Source: Clostridia bacterium
Lineage (GTDB): Bacteria > Bacillota > Clostridia > Oscillospirales > Acutalibacteraceae
NCBI GenBank assembly: GCA_900769535.1
Contig: CAAGHB010000110.1
Span: 1-55,895 of the forward strand
Length of the DNA: 55,895 nucleotides
Reading direction: 5' to 3'
Shown one piece after another: positions 28,544 to 37,944 of the stretch. How positions within the stretch are numbered: the first letter of the stretch is position 1; every line of letters begins with the position of its first letter. Below the pieces are notes generated by a model. It did not search any database. It was not told where the DNA came from and saw nothing but the letters and a program-made list of their open reading frames with translations. Made by a program: the position numbers and the translations under genes.

Positions 28544-28563
28544 AATGAAACAAATTTCTCATT
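28544..28563. promoter_or_regulatory. Imperfect palindrome directly downstream of the -10; candidate autoregulatory operator
   Basis: AATGAAACAAATTTCTCATT, with 14 of 20 positions self-complementary. The core GAAA-N4-TTTC is a symmetric variant of the Firmicute LexA box GAAC-N4-GTTC. Confidence 0.4.
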
Positions 28564-28599
28564 TAGTTTTTGGCGCAAAAAAGAGGGGTGTGAGCAATA

Positions 28600-29205
28600 T
28601 TGAGAACAAAGAATAGCGAATATTTCATTAAAATAGAGAAATTTATAAAGGAATATTACGAAAAGAACGGAATTTCTCCCTCAATGCGCGAAATTTCACA
28701 AAAAGTCGGGATTTCCTGCGCCACCGTTCAGCGTTATTTATCCACGATGAGAGAAGAGGGAAAAATTAAATATAGCGGTCACCGCTCAATTATGTCTAAC
28801 GGGTCGGTTCGCGACATTGGTGAAATTATGCGAGTGCCTGTTTTAGGCCGAGTTTCCTGCGGATTGCCGAAGTATGCCGAGGAAAACATTGAGGAATATA
28901 TCAATTTGCCTACCTCAATTTTCGGAAACGGCAGTTTTTATATTCTGTATGCAAGCGGCGATTCAATGATTGAAGCGGGAATAAACGATGGCGATATGGT
29001 TCTCGTTCGGGTGCAGAATACGGCTGAGGTGGGGGATATTGTCGTTGCGCTTATCGACGACGAGGTGACTTTAAAAAGATACTATCCCGACCATATACAT
29101 AAGCGAATTCGACTTCACCCGGAAAACCGCACGATGAAGGATATAATCGTACCCGATTGTGTTATTCAGGGCGTTGCGGTAAAGCTGATAAAGGATTTGA
29201 GTTGA
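28600..29205 (+). CDS. lexA: LexA-like repressor (wHTH + S24 peptidase) with a Cys-Gly predicted cleavage site
   Basis: N-terminal ISPSMREI....G.S.ATVQRYL HTH. VPVLGRVSCGLP linker. GDSM serine (S122) and LKRY lysine (K159) are 37 residues apart, as in E. coli LexA. TTG start with SD GAGGGGTG. Confidence 0.88.
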   Translation: MRTKNSEYFIKIEKFIKEYYEKNGISPSMREISQKVGISCATVQRYLSTMREEGKIKYSGHRSIMSNGSVRDIGEIMRVPVLGRVSCGLPKYAEENIEEYINLPTSIFGNGSFYILYASGDSMIEAGINDGDMVLVRVQNTAEVGDIVVALIDDEVTLKRYYPDHIHKRIRLHPENRTMKDIIVPDCVIQGVAVKLIKDLS

Positions 29206-29209
29206 AGAA

Positions 29210-29467
29210 ATGCAGTACCGAAGAATACAACTTGAGGTTGAAGCGGTGTTTCATACCGACGGCAGCTTCGCGCCAAAGAGAATATATTTCGATGACAAAC
29301 CGTACGAAATCGACCGAGTTGTACGGGTTAGGCCGTACTGTCCGCGTGTGGTTGGATGCGTCGCGCCGATTCAGTATACGGTCATTGTAGAAGGGGCGCA
29401 AAAAAAAATATATTACGAGGCGGACTCTAATACCTGGTTTTCGATAAAGGAATGTGATATAACGTGA
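29210..29467 (+). CDS. 85-aa protein of unknown function between lexA and the Y-family polymerase gene
   Basis: Starts 4 nt after the lexA stop, and its TGA overlaps the polymerase GTG (GTGA). I recognise no motif. Its SD is weak. Confidence 0.6.
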   Translation: MQYRRIQLEVEAVFHTDGSFAPKRIYFDDKPYEIDRVVRVRPYCPRVVGCVAPIQYTVIVEGAQKKIYYEADSNTWFSIKECDIT

Positions 29468-30699
29468 GCGAAAGGGCGATATTGCATAGTGACCTTAATT
29501 GCTTTTTTGCCTCGGTCGAAAGAGTGCTAAATCCCGAATATGAGGGAAAGGCGATTGCGGTATGCGGCTCTATCGAGGACCGACACGGCATAGTTCTTGC
29601 AAAATCCGAACCTGCGAAGCAGGCCGGTGTAAAGACGGGAATGGTTATATGGCAGGCAAAGCAGCTTTGTCCCGACCTTATTACCGTAAAGCCGAATTAT
29701 GAATATTATTCAAAGTTTTCGTCTCTCGTTCGGGATATATATTGTAGATTTACCGACCTTGTCGAGCCGTTTGGACTCGATGAATGTTGGCTCGACGTTA
29801 CAAACAGTCATATTTTTGGCTCACCTTACGAAATAGCGGAAAAAATTCGAACTACGGTAAAAAGGGAACTCGGACTTACGGTGAGTATAGGCGTTTCGTT
29901 TAACAAGGTGTTTGCAAAGCTCGGCTCGGATATGAAAAAGCCCGATGCCATAACCGTAATTGACCGCAAAAATTTTCGTGAAAAAATATGGGGTTTAAAG
30001 GTTGCAGAGCTCCTTTACGTCGGTCGGGCCACGGCAAAGCGGCTAAATGAACACGGCATTTTTACGATAGGCGAACTGGCTATGTCCTCGCCGTCGACGA
30101 TTGATAAAATGCTCGGCGTAAACGGCGTTCGTTTATGGCAATATGCAAGAGGGGAGGATACTTCTCGCGTAATGCATCGCGATTTTGTCTTTCCTGCAAA
30201 GAGCTTGGGACATGGAATAACCTGTAATGCCGACCTTCAAAGCGAGGAGGAGGTATGGCGGGTTATATTACAGCTGTCGCAGGATTTGGGACATCGACTT
30301 CGTGTGCATAAGCTGTCGGCATCGGGGGTAAAACTGTCGGTGAAAAGCGAGGATTTGAAGGTGCGACAGTATCAGTCCCCGCTTGAAATTCAGACCCAAA
30401 GCCCATTTGAAATTGCATCGGCTGCACGACGCCTTTTTAAATCATACGATTGGGACAAAAATGTTCGTGCGTTATCGGTTACAGCGATTGGACTTTCGTC
30501 CGAAGCGAATCCGTTTCAAATTGATTTATTCGCCGATTTAGAGCGTCACGATAAGCAGAAGGATATAGATGATGCGGTTTACATAATCAGGAATAAATTC
30601 GGCAAGGATTCGGTTCGTTCCGCCTCACTTTTAGGAGATTTAAAGATGCCGTGTGATACCGAAAGGCAGAGCGTTTTGCCCGGCAAAATGTTTGAATAA
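29464..30699 (+). CDS. dinB: Y-family DNA polymerase (DinB/Pol IV-like)
   Basis: ILHSDLNCFFASVE catalytic Asp motif, GLDECWLDVT, SIGVSFNKVFAKLGSDMKKPD; 411 aa. Confidence 0.93.
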   Translation: MSERAILHSDLNCFFASVERVLNPEYEGKAIAVCGSIEDRHGIVLAKSEPAKQAGVKTGMVIWQAKQLCPDLITVKPNYEYYSKFSSLVRDIYCRFTDLVEPFGLDECWLDVTNSHIFGSPYEIAEKIRTTVKRELGLTVSIGVSFNKVFAKLGSDMKKPDAITVIDRKNFREKIWGLKVAELLYVGRATAKRLNEHGIFTIGELAMSSPSTIDKMLGVNGVRLWQYARGEDTSRVMHRDFVFPAKSLGHGITCNADLQSEEEVWRVILQLSQDLGHRLRVHKLSASGVKLSVKSEDLKVRQYQSPLEIQTQSPFEIASAARRLFKSYDWDKNVRALSVTAIGLSSEANPFQIDLFADLERHDKQKDIDDAVYIIRNKFGKDSVRSASLLGDLKMPCDTERQSVLPGKMFE

Positions 30700-30724
30700 A
30701 TCATATTATTGTTATTATGGATAT

Positions 30725-30771
30725 AAAAAATATTCCGTGCAAATTATAATAAATGCACGGAATATTTTTTA
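30725..30771. terminator. Bidirectional intrinsic terminator (dinB / ispF)
   Basis: AATATTCCGTGCA / TGCACGGAATATT stem flanked by A and T runs. Confidence 0.9.
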
Positions 30772-30785
30772 TGTTTACATAATAT

Positions 30786-31262
30786 TTACACTTTTTCAAT
30801 TAAACAAACGCTGTGTGCCGAAATTCCTTCCAGCCGACCTGTAAATCCCATTCCTTCCTCGGTGGTTGCCTTTACGCTGACTCTGTCGAGGGGAATACCG
30901 ACCGTATCGGATATATTTTTTCGCATATTGTCAATATGGGGAAAAAGCTTTGGCTTCTGGGCTAAAACGGTGGCATCGATGTTTATAATTCTGTATCCGT
31001 TTTGGCTAATAATTTCGGCTGTCCTTTTAAGAAGCATCATACTGTCGGCGTTTTTATATTTTTCGTCGGTGTCGGGGAAGTGCTTTCCAATGTCGCCGAG
31101 AGCAGCTGCGCCAAATAGCGAGTCGCATACAGCGTGGGCAAGAACGTCGGCGTCCGAATGACCGGCAAGTCCCATTTCAAATTCGATTTTTTCTCCGCCT
31201 ATAATAAGCATACGTCCTTTTTCAAATCGGTGAGCGTCATAACCGTGTCCGATGCGAAGCAT
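30786..31262 (-). CDS. ispF: 2-C-methyl-D-erythritol 2,4-cyclodiphosphate synthase
   Basis: [13 protein letters not shown] and GHSDADV motifs. ATG at 31262 has SD AAGGGGGA; the track start at 31313 adds 17 unlikely residues. Confidence 0.95.
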   Translation of the reverse strand: MLRIGHGYDAHRFEKGRMLIIGGEKIEFEMGLAGHSDADVLAHAVCDSLFGAAALGDIGKHFPDTDEKYKNADSMMLLKRTAEIISQNGYRIINIDATVLAQKPKLFPHIDNMRKNISDTVGIPLDRVSVKATTEEGMGFTGRLEGISAHSVCLIEKV

Positions 31263-31419
31263 AAAAATCCCCCTTATTTTTACTACAATCCCATTATACA
31301 ACAAATATTTCATATTCGCAATTGTACAAAATGCTACAAAAAAAGTTAAAATTTGTACACAGAAAACGATTGAATAAATATATAAATATGTTAAAATATA
31401 ATAGAATATGTAATCGGAG

Positions 31420-32316
31420 GTGTACCTTTTGGGCGCATTGTTAAAGATGATTGAATCGTGGCTTACCCATTTTGGCTTGGTAATGAGCGCCTTTGGGATA
31501 GTCGATCTCCTCGATATTATTATCGTCGCATTTATTATTTACAAACTAATTCAGATTGTTCGCCAAACGAGAGCAAAGCAGCTGATTTACGGCGTACTTA
31601 TTATAGTTTTTGCGTGGGCTATTTCGTCATGGCTGGATATGATAGCGCTTAATACCATGCTGAACATTGTAATAGGTCAAGGTGTTATCGCTATCGCTAT
31701 TATTTTTCAGCCCGAAATTCGTAATGCATTAGAGCTCGTAAGCCGTACCAATTTTGCCCTCATCGGCCGAAGGGGAAAGACAGGTAACATAACGGCTATC
31801 GAAGGAACAATCGATACCGTAAGCCGCGCCTGTCAGTCATTCCAAAACTCAAAAACAGGAGCGCTTATCGTATTCGAGCGAAATACTCGACTCGGCGATA
31901 TTATAAAAACGGGTACAGTAATCGATGCCGATGCAACGGTTGAGTTGCTTTGCAATATCTTTTATCCAAAAACGGCACTCCACGACGGAGCCGTAATTAT
32001 TCGTGACGGAAGAATATATGCCGCAGGATGTATCTTACCTCTTACTCAAAACAGTAATTTAAGAAGAGGACTCGGTACACGCCATCGCGCATCAATCGGT
32101 ATGAGCGAAAATTCCGATGCCGTTGTCGTAGTTGTTTCCGAAGAAACTGGTAATATTTCGGTTGCAATAGATGGACAGCTCCGCCGGGATTTGAATATGG
32201 GCTCGTTACATGAACTGCTCGAAAAGGAGCTTATCGTCAAGTCGGATGATAACGATAATTCCTTTATAAATAAGATAAAGATGATAGGAGGCAATCGAAA
32301 TGACTCGTCTAAGTAA
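31420..32316 (+). CDS. cdaA: Diadenylate cyclase CdaA (three N-terminal TM segments + DAC domain)
   Basis: ALHDGAVII and [12 protein letters not shown]...[12 protein letters not shown] motifs. The likely start is the TTG at 31429, 8 nt after GGAGG. Confidence 0.93.
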   Translation: MYLLGALLKMIESWLTHFGLVMSAFGIVDLLDIIIVAFIIYKLIQIVRQTRAKQLIYGVLIIVFAWAISSWLDMIALNTMLNIVIGQGVIAIAIIFQPEIRNALELVSRTNFALIGRRGKTGNITAIEGTIDTVSRACQSFQNSKTGALIVFERNTRLGDIIKTGTVIDADATVELLCNIFYPKTALHDGAVIIRDGRIYAAGCILPLTQNSNLRRGLGTRHRASIGMSENSDAVVVVVSEETGNISVAIDGQLRRDLNMGSLHELLEKELIVKSDDNDNSFINKIKMIGGNRNDSSK

Positions 32317-33538
32317 TTTGCTCTCCCGTCTTTTAAAAAGTAATCGTTTCCTTGCGATACTTTCGCTTATCGTCTCATTTATCATTTGGTTTAATTTGTC
32401 CCAGGTGTATAACCCTGTTTCAACCCGTGATATAAGCGACGTACCTGTAACCTTCCGGGTCAGCTCCGCACTTGCGGCCGACGGCTACGAGGTTATTAAA
32501 AACAGTGAGATTACCGTTGACGTTACCGTGTCGGGAAAAACGGCGAATATATCGTCACTGTCGGCTAACGATATTGACATCGTTGCAAATATCACAGGCC
32601 AAGGAATAAAAACCTGGACTCTCGACAGCAGCGATAACCGAAATTTTGATGTTATTGCGATGAGCATGAATCAAGTAACCGTTATGACCGATATTTTCAA
32701 TCGTGACGGCGAAATTTTTGAAGTAACGGCAAAGTCAAACAATGTATCTGCACCCGACGGACTCATAGCCGACGCTGCAAAGATAAAGGACGAGGCCTTT
32801 TCTCAGATAAAGATAACGGGAGCTCAGTCGGTTATTGACAAAATTGCGTATGTAGTCGCCGAGGCAGACGTCAACGAAACGATAAAGGAAACCACCGATT
32901 TTGACGGAAATATTGCATTATACGACCAGGAAGGAAAGATAATTGACAGCAGCTATGTTTTCCTTTCCTTCGATTCGGCAAAGATTACAGTACCGATTTC
33001 GATGAAAAAAGAGGTTCCTGTGGTAGTAACCTTTTCAAACGCGCCAAAGGACAATCCCATAAAGGCAACAACCGACATAAAGACGGTTGTAGTTAAGGGA
33101 CCGCAGGCAGTTATTGAAAAGTTAAAGTCGGTCGAGCTTGAACCAATCAATTTTGCCGATATAACACCTGACGCTACTGAATTTGTTCAAAAAATAAAGA
33201 TGCCCGATTCGATAGAAAGCAGTGACGGAAGGATCGAAATTACAGTCACTCTCGAAATGAAGGGCATATCTTATAAAAATATTACGGTAACAAATTCCTG
33301 CTTCAAGCCACAGAATGTTACATCGGGACTTACTGCAACGATGGACAGCTTTACGGTAAAGGTAATCGGCACATCCGCGATGTTAAAGGGAATAACTGCT
33401 GATGATATCGTCGTTACAGCCGACCTTAAATCGTACAGCAAGGGTGAGCATAGCGGAGTACCCGTGACGGTAAAACTGTCAAACAAATCGTCAGCTTGGA
33501 TAGCAGGGGTATATACCGCTGATATTAAGCAGTCCTGA
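32300..33538 (+). CDS. cdaR: CdaA regulatory protein CdaR (YbbR-repeat protein)
   Basis: Overlaps the cdaA 3' end. N-terminal TM segment, then repeated beta-rich YbbR-like modules (V.V.V.G.....I). Confidence 0.85.
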   Translation: MTRLSNLLSRLLKSNRFLAILSLIVSFIIWFNLSQVYNPVSTRDISDVPVTFRVSSALAADGYEVIKNSEITVDVTVSGKTANISSLSANDIDIVANITGQGIKTWTLDSSDNRNFDVIAMSMNQVTVMTDIFNRDGEIFEVTAKSNNVSAPDGLIADAAKIKDEAFSQIKITGAQSVIDKIAYVVAEADVNETIKETTDFDGNIALYDQEGKIIDSSYVFLSFDSAKITVPISMKKEVPVVVTFSNAPKDNPIKATTDIKTVVVKGPQAVIEKLKSVELEPINFADITPDATEFVQKIKMPDSIESSDGRIEITVTLEMKGISYKNITVTNSCFKPQNVTSGLTATMDSFTVKVIGTSAMLKGITADDIVVTADLKSYSKGEHSGVPVTVKLSNKSSAWIAGVYTADIKQS

Positions 33539-33636
33539 TTTAAGAAAAAAATAATAAAAGGCCGTCTTTTAGGCGGCCTCTAATTATCTGCACACATAAA
33601 ATTCTCCCGAATATACTAAATCGGGAGGTGCTATAA

Positions 33637-33957
33637 ATGTTAGAAATGGTGTTTAATATAATTATTGCCGCATTGGCGGTATATGGTCTAACCTGTCTTA
33701 TACGTTGTTTGTGGCTATGGGTGATAAAAAAAGAAAAGACGGATAATATTCTAATAGTGCCGCTTAATGATGATAATTTAGAGTTTTCGCTTCGAGAGGC
33801 GGTTGCCTTGTCAAAGGTAATCTCGATTAAAAAAATTGCGGCGGTTGATTGCGATTTAAGCAGTGAATCGAGGCAAATGGCGCTAATGTTTGCAAACAGC
33901 GAACCGTTGGTAAAAATAGTCGATTCAGATGATAAAATTTATAACATAATTAAATAA
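33637..33957 (+). CDS. Small membrane-anchored protein of unknown function (106 aa)
   Basis: Strong SD GGGAGGTG 6 nt before the ATG; one N-terminal TM segment; no recognisable motif. Confidence 0.65.
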   Translation: MLEMVFNIIIAALAVYGLTCLIRCLWLWVIKKEKTDNILIVPLNDDNLEFSLREAVALSKVISIKKIAAVDCDLSSESRQMALMFANSEPLVKIVDSDDKIYNIIK

Positions 33958-33965
33958 AAAAAGAG

Positions 33966-36179
33966 GTGAGGGCGGTGTCCGAAGAAAGATTAGAAGGTAC
34001 GGTTGAATACATAACATTTCATAATGAGGAAAATGGATTTACCGTCCTCGAACTTTCGACTGAGGATGAACTAATAACTGTCGTAGGCACGTTTCCGCTT
34101 GTTTCACCGGGCGAAAACTTGGCACTTGTGGGCAATTATGATGTGCATCAATCATTTGGCCGTCAGTTTAAGGCGAAGATGTGTGAGAGAAAAATGCCTG
34201 CATCAGCGGCTGCTATTCTGCGATATTTGTCGGCGGGCGGAATAAAGGGAATCGGCCCCGCTACCGCTAAAAAAATAGTCGATAAATTCGGCGAAAACTC
34301 GCTTCAAATTATAGAAAAAGACCCCGAACGTCTGATGGTTATCAAGGGGATTACGTCCCATAAAGCCAAGCAGATTTGCGATGAATTTATGCGCCGGTTC
34401 GGTATGCGCGAGGTAATGCTGTTTTTGTCACAGTATTCCTTTACCTCCGATGAGGCGCTTGCTGTGTATAAGGTGTTTGGCGCAGCCGCGGTAGACAGAT
34501 TAAAAGCAAATCCGTTTTTTCTTTGCGGTGATGAGCTCGGGTTTGATTTTGAGCGCGTTGACGAAATGGCGTCACAGCTTGGTTTTGAGCAGGATTTCAC
34601 ATTTAGAATTTATGCAGGAATCGAGTATGTTTTGCGCCATAATTTGCAGAATGGGCATACCTGTATTCCTCTCGACAAGCTCGAATCATTGTCGGGCGCT
34701 CTTCTTGAAATAGATGATGGCAGGATAGCTTCAATAATCGAGTATATGGTGTCATCGAACCGTCTCTATGTAACCGAAATCGACGGCAGAAAATTCGCCT
34801 ATCTTCCGTATATGTACCGAGCCGAAAGCTATTGCGCAAAAAAGGTTAATGAGCTTTCAAAAGCATCGTTCAAGGCGTCTCTCAATATTGAAAAAGAGAT
34901 TTTAAAGATAGAAAAATCTCTTAAAATTGAGTTTCAATCTCGTCAAAAAGAGGCGATTAGCAACGCGCTGACCCGTGGAATAATGGTGCTTACCGGCGGC
35001 CCCGGTACAGGAAAAACTACTACGCTTAACGGGATAATCCGCCTTTTTGAAAAGCTGAATTATAATATTTGCCTTGCGGCGCCGACAGGAAGGGCTGCGA
35101 AGCGTATGTCTGAGGTAACCGGAAGGGAGGCAAAAACTCTGCACCGACTTCTTGAAGTTGAGTGGGGAGCCAATCATCGCCCTGTTTTTATGCGAAACGA
35201 GCGCAACCCTCTCGATTGCAACGTAATAATTGTGGACGAGCTGTCAATGGTTGACATAATACTTTTTGAGAGCTTGTTGTCAGCTATGCCTCGGGGATGT
35301 CGTCTGATTATGGTAGGCGATTCTGACCAGCTTCCGTCTGTGGGCGCAGGAAACGTGCTTCAAGATGTGATAGAGTCGGGAACAGTGCCCGTCGTCGAGC
35401 TGACTGAGATTTTTCGTCAAGCACTCGAAAGCACTATTATCACCAACGCGCACATGATTGTAAAGGGTGAGGAGCCCGACCTGAGCCATAAGGATACCGA
35501 CTTCTTTTATTTAAGCAGGAATGATTCAATGTCGGGGGCAGAAACGGTTGCCGACCTGTTTTGCCGACGTTTGCCCGAGGCATACGACTTTCTCTCAAAC
35601 GGTGATATACAGGTGCTTTGTCCGTCGAGAAAACGCGAAATGGGCACGGTCAATATCAATAATTTAATACAGCAGCGAATCAATCCACCTGCAATAAATA
35701 AGCGCGAAATGAAACAGCACGGCTTTATCCTGCGCGAAGGTGACAGGGTCATGCAGATAAAAAATAATTACGATATAATGTGGGAAAAGGATGACGGCAC
35801 CGACGGTTCAGGTGTATTTAATGGTGACGTAGGTGTATTGAAATCGGTTGACATAAAATTGGATAGAATTGTGGTTCGATATGATGACAGAGATGCTTAT
35901 TATACCTATGAGGATGCAGAGCAGTTGGAGCTTGCTTATGCGGTAACGGTGCATAAGAGCCAGGGTAGTGAATTTGATTGTGTAATTCTGCCGGTGCTTG
36001 ATGTCCCGTCGCAGCTAAGATATCGAAATTTGCTTTATACAGCCGTAACACGAGCAAAAAAACTGCTTATTCTTGTCGGCTCGCAGGAGATTGTAAATCA
36101 AATGGTCCATAATGATAAGAGAACGCGGCGCTACACGGGACTGAAAACAATGATTACGGAGAATAATAATGATTTATAA
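33966..36179 (+). CDS. recD2: RecD2-type SF1B ATP-dependent DNA helicase
   Basis: LEGTVEYITFHNEENGFTV N-terminus, Walker A GGPGTGKTT, VDELSMVD, and the C-terminal TVHKSQGSE motif. The GTG at 33975 may be the true start. Confidence 0.93.
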   Translation: MRAVSEERLEGTVEYITFHNEENGFTVLELSTEDELITVVGTFPLVSPGENLALVGNYDVHQSFGRQFKAKMCERKMPASAAAILRYLSAGGIKGIGPATAKKIVDKFGENSLQIIEKDPERLMVIKGITSHKAKQICDEFMRRFGMREVMLFLSQYSFTSDEALAVYKVFGAAAVDRLKANPFFLCGDELGFDFERVDEMASQLGFEQDFTFRIYAGIEYVLRHNLQNGHTCIPLDKLESLSGALLEIDDGRIASIIEYMVSSNRLYVTEIDGRKFAYLPYMYRAESYCAKKVNELSKASFKASLNIEKEILKIEKSLKIEFQSRQKEAISNALTRGIMVLTGGPGTGKTTTLNGIIRLFEKLNYNICLAAPTGRAAKRMSEVTGREAKTLHRLLEVEWGANHRPVFMRNERNPLDCNVIIVDELSMVDIILFESLLSAMPRGCRLIMVGDSDQLPSVGAGNVLQDVIESGTVPVVELTEIFRQALESTIITNAHMIVKGEEPDLSHKDTDFFYLSRNDSMSGAETVADLFCRRLPEAYDFLSNGDIQVLCPSRKREMGTVNINNLIQQRINPPAINKREMKQHGFILREGDRVMQIKNNYDIMWEKDDGTDGSGVFNGDVGVLKSVDIKLDRIVVRYDDRDAYYTYEDAEQLELAYAVTVHKSQGSEFDCVILPVLDVPSQLRYRNLLYTAVTRAKKLLILVGSQEIVNQMVHNDKRTRRYTGLKTMITENNNDL

Positions 36180-36846
36180 CGACAAACCCTCGTTTTTCGG
36201 CTTTTTGGTTTCACTAATATTCCCCGTTAGATGCTTTTGCTGCGATGATCTGATTGATTACGGAGATTATGTTTGCGACAGGTGCCGTGAGGAGATTGAA
36301 AAATGTCGCAACCGCAGGACGAAGGTAGTGTCCTTTTACGGCAGAAGGTATAACATTCACTCTGTGTTTGAATATACTTCATCAGCCGAATCTGCGGTTA
36401 AGCTGGTGAAATTCAGTTTCAATCCCGACAATGCAAAGCCGATGGGTGATGAAATTGCCGCAAAGGTAAGCCGCCTTCGCGAAAGGGACTTTGATATCGT
36501 CACCGCCGTTCCGTTTACCAAAAAGGACAAGCTTGAAAGGGAATATAACCACGCCGTTTTAATGGCGAAAAGGGTGTCAAAGCGGCTTTCAGTCCCTTTT
36601 GACGAAAAGGCAATTGAAAAGATAAGACAGACAAAGAGACAGCACGATTTATCAGGGCTTGAACGCCGTACGAATTTAAGGGATGCTTTTTATGCAAATC
36701 AAAGCGTTAAGGGGAAGCATGTCCTTATAATAGATGACGTTGCCACAACCGGCTCAACCCTTTGCGAATGCGCCGACACCCTTTACCGTGCAGGTGCTAA
36801 AAAGGTCACCTGCGCTACATTTGCGGGAACAAAATATTCAAATTGA
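36169..36846 (+). CDS. comFC: ComF-family protein (ComFC, phosphoribosyltransferase fold)
   Basis: N-terminal Cys4 zinc finger (CFCC...CDRC) and PRT motif LIIDDVATTGST; 11-nt overlap with recD2. Confidence 0.9.
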   Translation: MIYNDKPSFFGFLVSLIFPVRCFCCDDLIDYGDYVCDRCREEIEKCRNRRTKVVSFYGRRYNIHSVFEYTSSAESAVKLVKFSFNPDNAKPMGDEIAAKVSRLRERDFDIVTAVPFTKKDKLEREYNHAVLMAKRVSKRLSVPFDEKAIEKIRQTKRQHDLSGLERRTNLRDAFYANQSVKGKHVLIIDDVATTGSTLCECADTLYRAGAKKVTCATFAGTKYSN

Positions 36847-36900
36847 CAGCGGATTTTCTTTGTTATATAATTTATTTAAGAAAAGATGATTGGAGTTACC

Positions 36901-37923
36901 ATGTTCACTGATTTGGGAGTTGACCTCGGAACAAGAAAAACGGTTATTTGCCGAGGAAAAAAGATAGTGCTTAATCAGCCCTCCGTTGTTTTGATGGAGG
37001 AATATGATAACAGCCCGTATAAATTCGGAAAAGAGGCGTTTGATGCGATTGGCCGAGAGCCGTCACGCTATCGAGCCGTTTGTCCGATTGAAAGAGGCGT
37101 TATTTCGGATTACGACGTAGCCGAGCATATGCTCCGCTGCTATATTCAGTATGCCTGCGGAAAGAGAATGACAAAGCCGCGCGTTGTCGTATCAATGCCG
37201 TCAAACATTACCTGGGTTCAGCAGCGTTCGATTATCGATGCTGTTCAGAATGCGGGTGGACGGAGCGTTTGTACCATCGAGTCACCGGTAGCGGCGGCTC
37301 TCGGAATGGGAATCGACTTTAAGCGTCCTCACGGAGCCATAGTCGTCGATATCGGCGCAGGAACAACCGACGTTGCAGTAATTTCGATGGGCGGATTATC
37401 AAAATGCGAATCGGTAAGAGTGGCAGGAACCGATATTGACGCCGCAATTATCGATTACATGAAGCAGGAGTATAATATGCTTATCGGTGAGCATACCGCC
37501 GAATTTATAAAATGTCAGGTTGGCGCCGCAATACCGCGACCGGTCGAAATCGTCATCCAGGCAAAAGGCGTAAGCATAGCAACAGGAATGCCGAAATTGG
37601 TTGAAATAACTGCTAACGAGATATGTGAAGCGATTTCAGACGTGGTTTACCGAATTTCTAACGCGATACGAAACGTACTTGATAAAACGCCACCTGAATT
37701 GGTAGGTGATATTGCCGAGGATGGTATCTACTTGACGGGTGGAACGTCTCAACTTTCGGGAATGTCAGATTGGCTGTCAAACTATATTGGAATAAAGGTA
37801 ATAACAGCAGATAATTACGAGACCTGCGTTGCAAGAGGAATCGGTAATGTCCTCGAACATTTTGATATACTTAAAAACGGCGATTATGAATTCCGTACCT
37901 TGCAGGATTTAATTATCGGATAA
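36901..37923 (+). CDS. mreB: MreB/Mbl actin-like rod-shape protein
   Basis: DLGVDLGT, VVDIGAGTTDVAV and YLTGGTSQL motifs. The ATG at 36901 is preferred over the track start at 36886. Confidence 0.92.
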   Translation: MFTDLGVDLGTRKTVICRGKKIVLNQPSVVLMEEYDNSPYKFGKEAFDAIGREPSRYRAVCPIERGVISDYDVAEHMLRCYIQYACGKRMTKPRVVVSMPSNITWVQQRSIIDAVQNAGGRSVCTIESPVAAALGMGIDFKRPHGAIVVDIGAGTTDVAVISMGGLSKCESVRVAGTDIDAAIIDYMKQEYNMLIGEHTAEFIKCQVGAAIPRPVEIVIQAKGVSIATGMPKLVEITANEICEAISDVVYRISNAIRNVLDKTPPELVGDIAEDGIYLTGGTSQLSGMSDWLSNYIGIKVITADNYETCVARGIGNVLEHFDILKNGDYEFRTLQDLIIG

Positions 37924-37944
37924 AATTGATTTAAAATTAAATGG

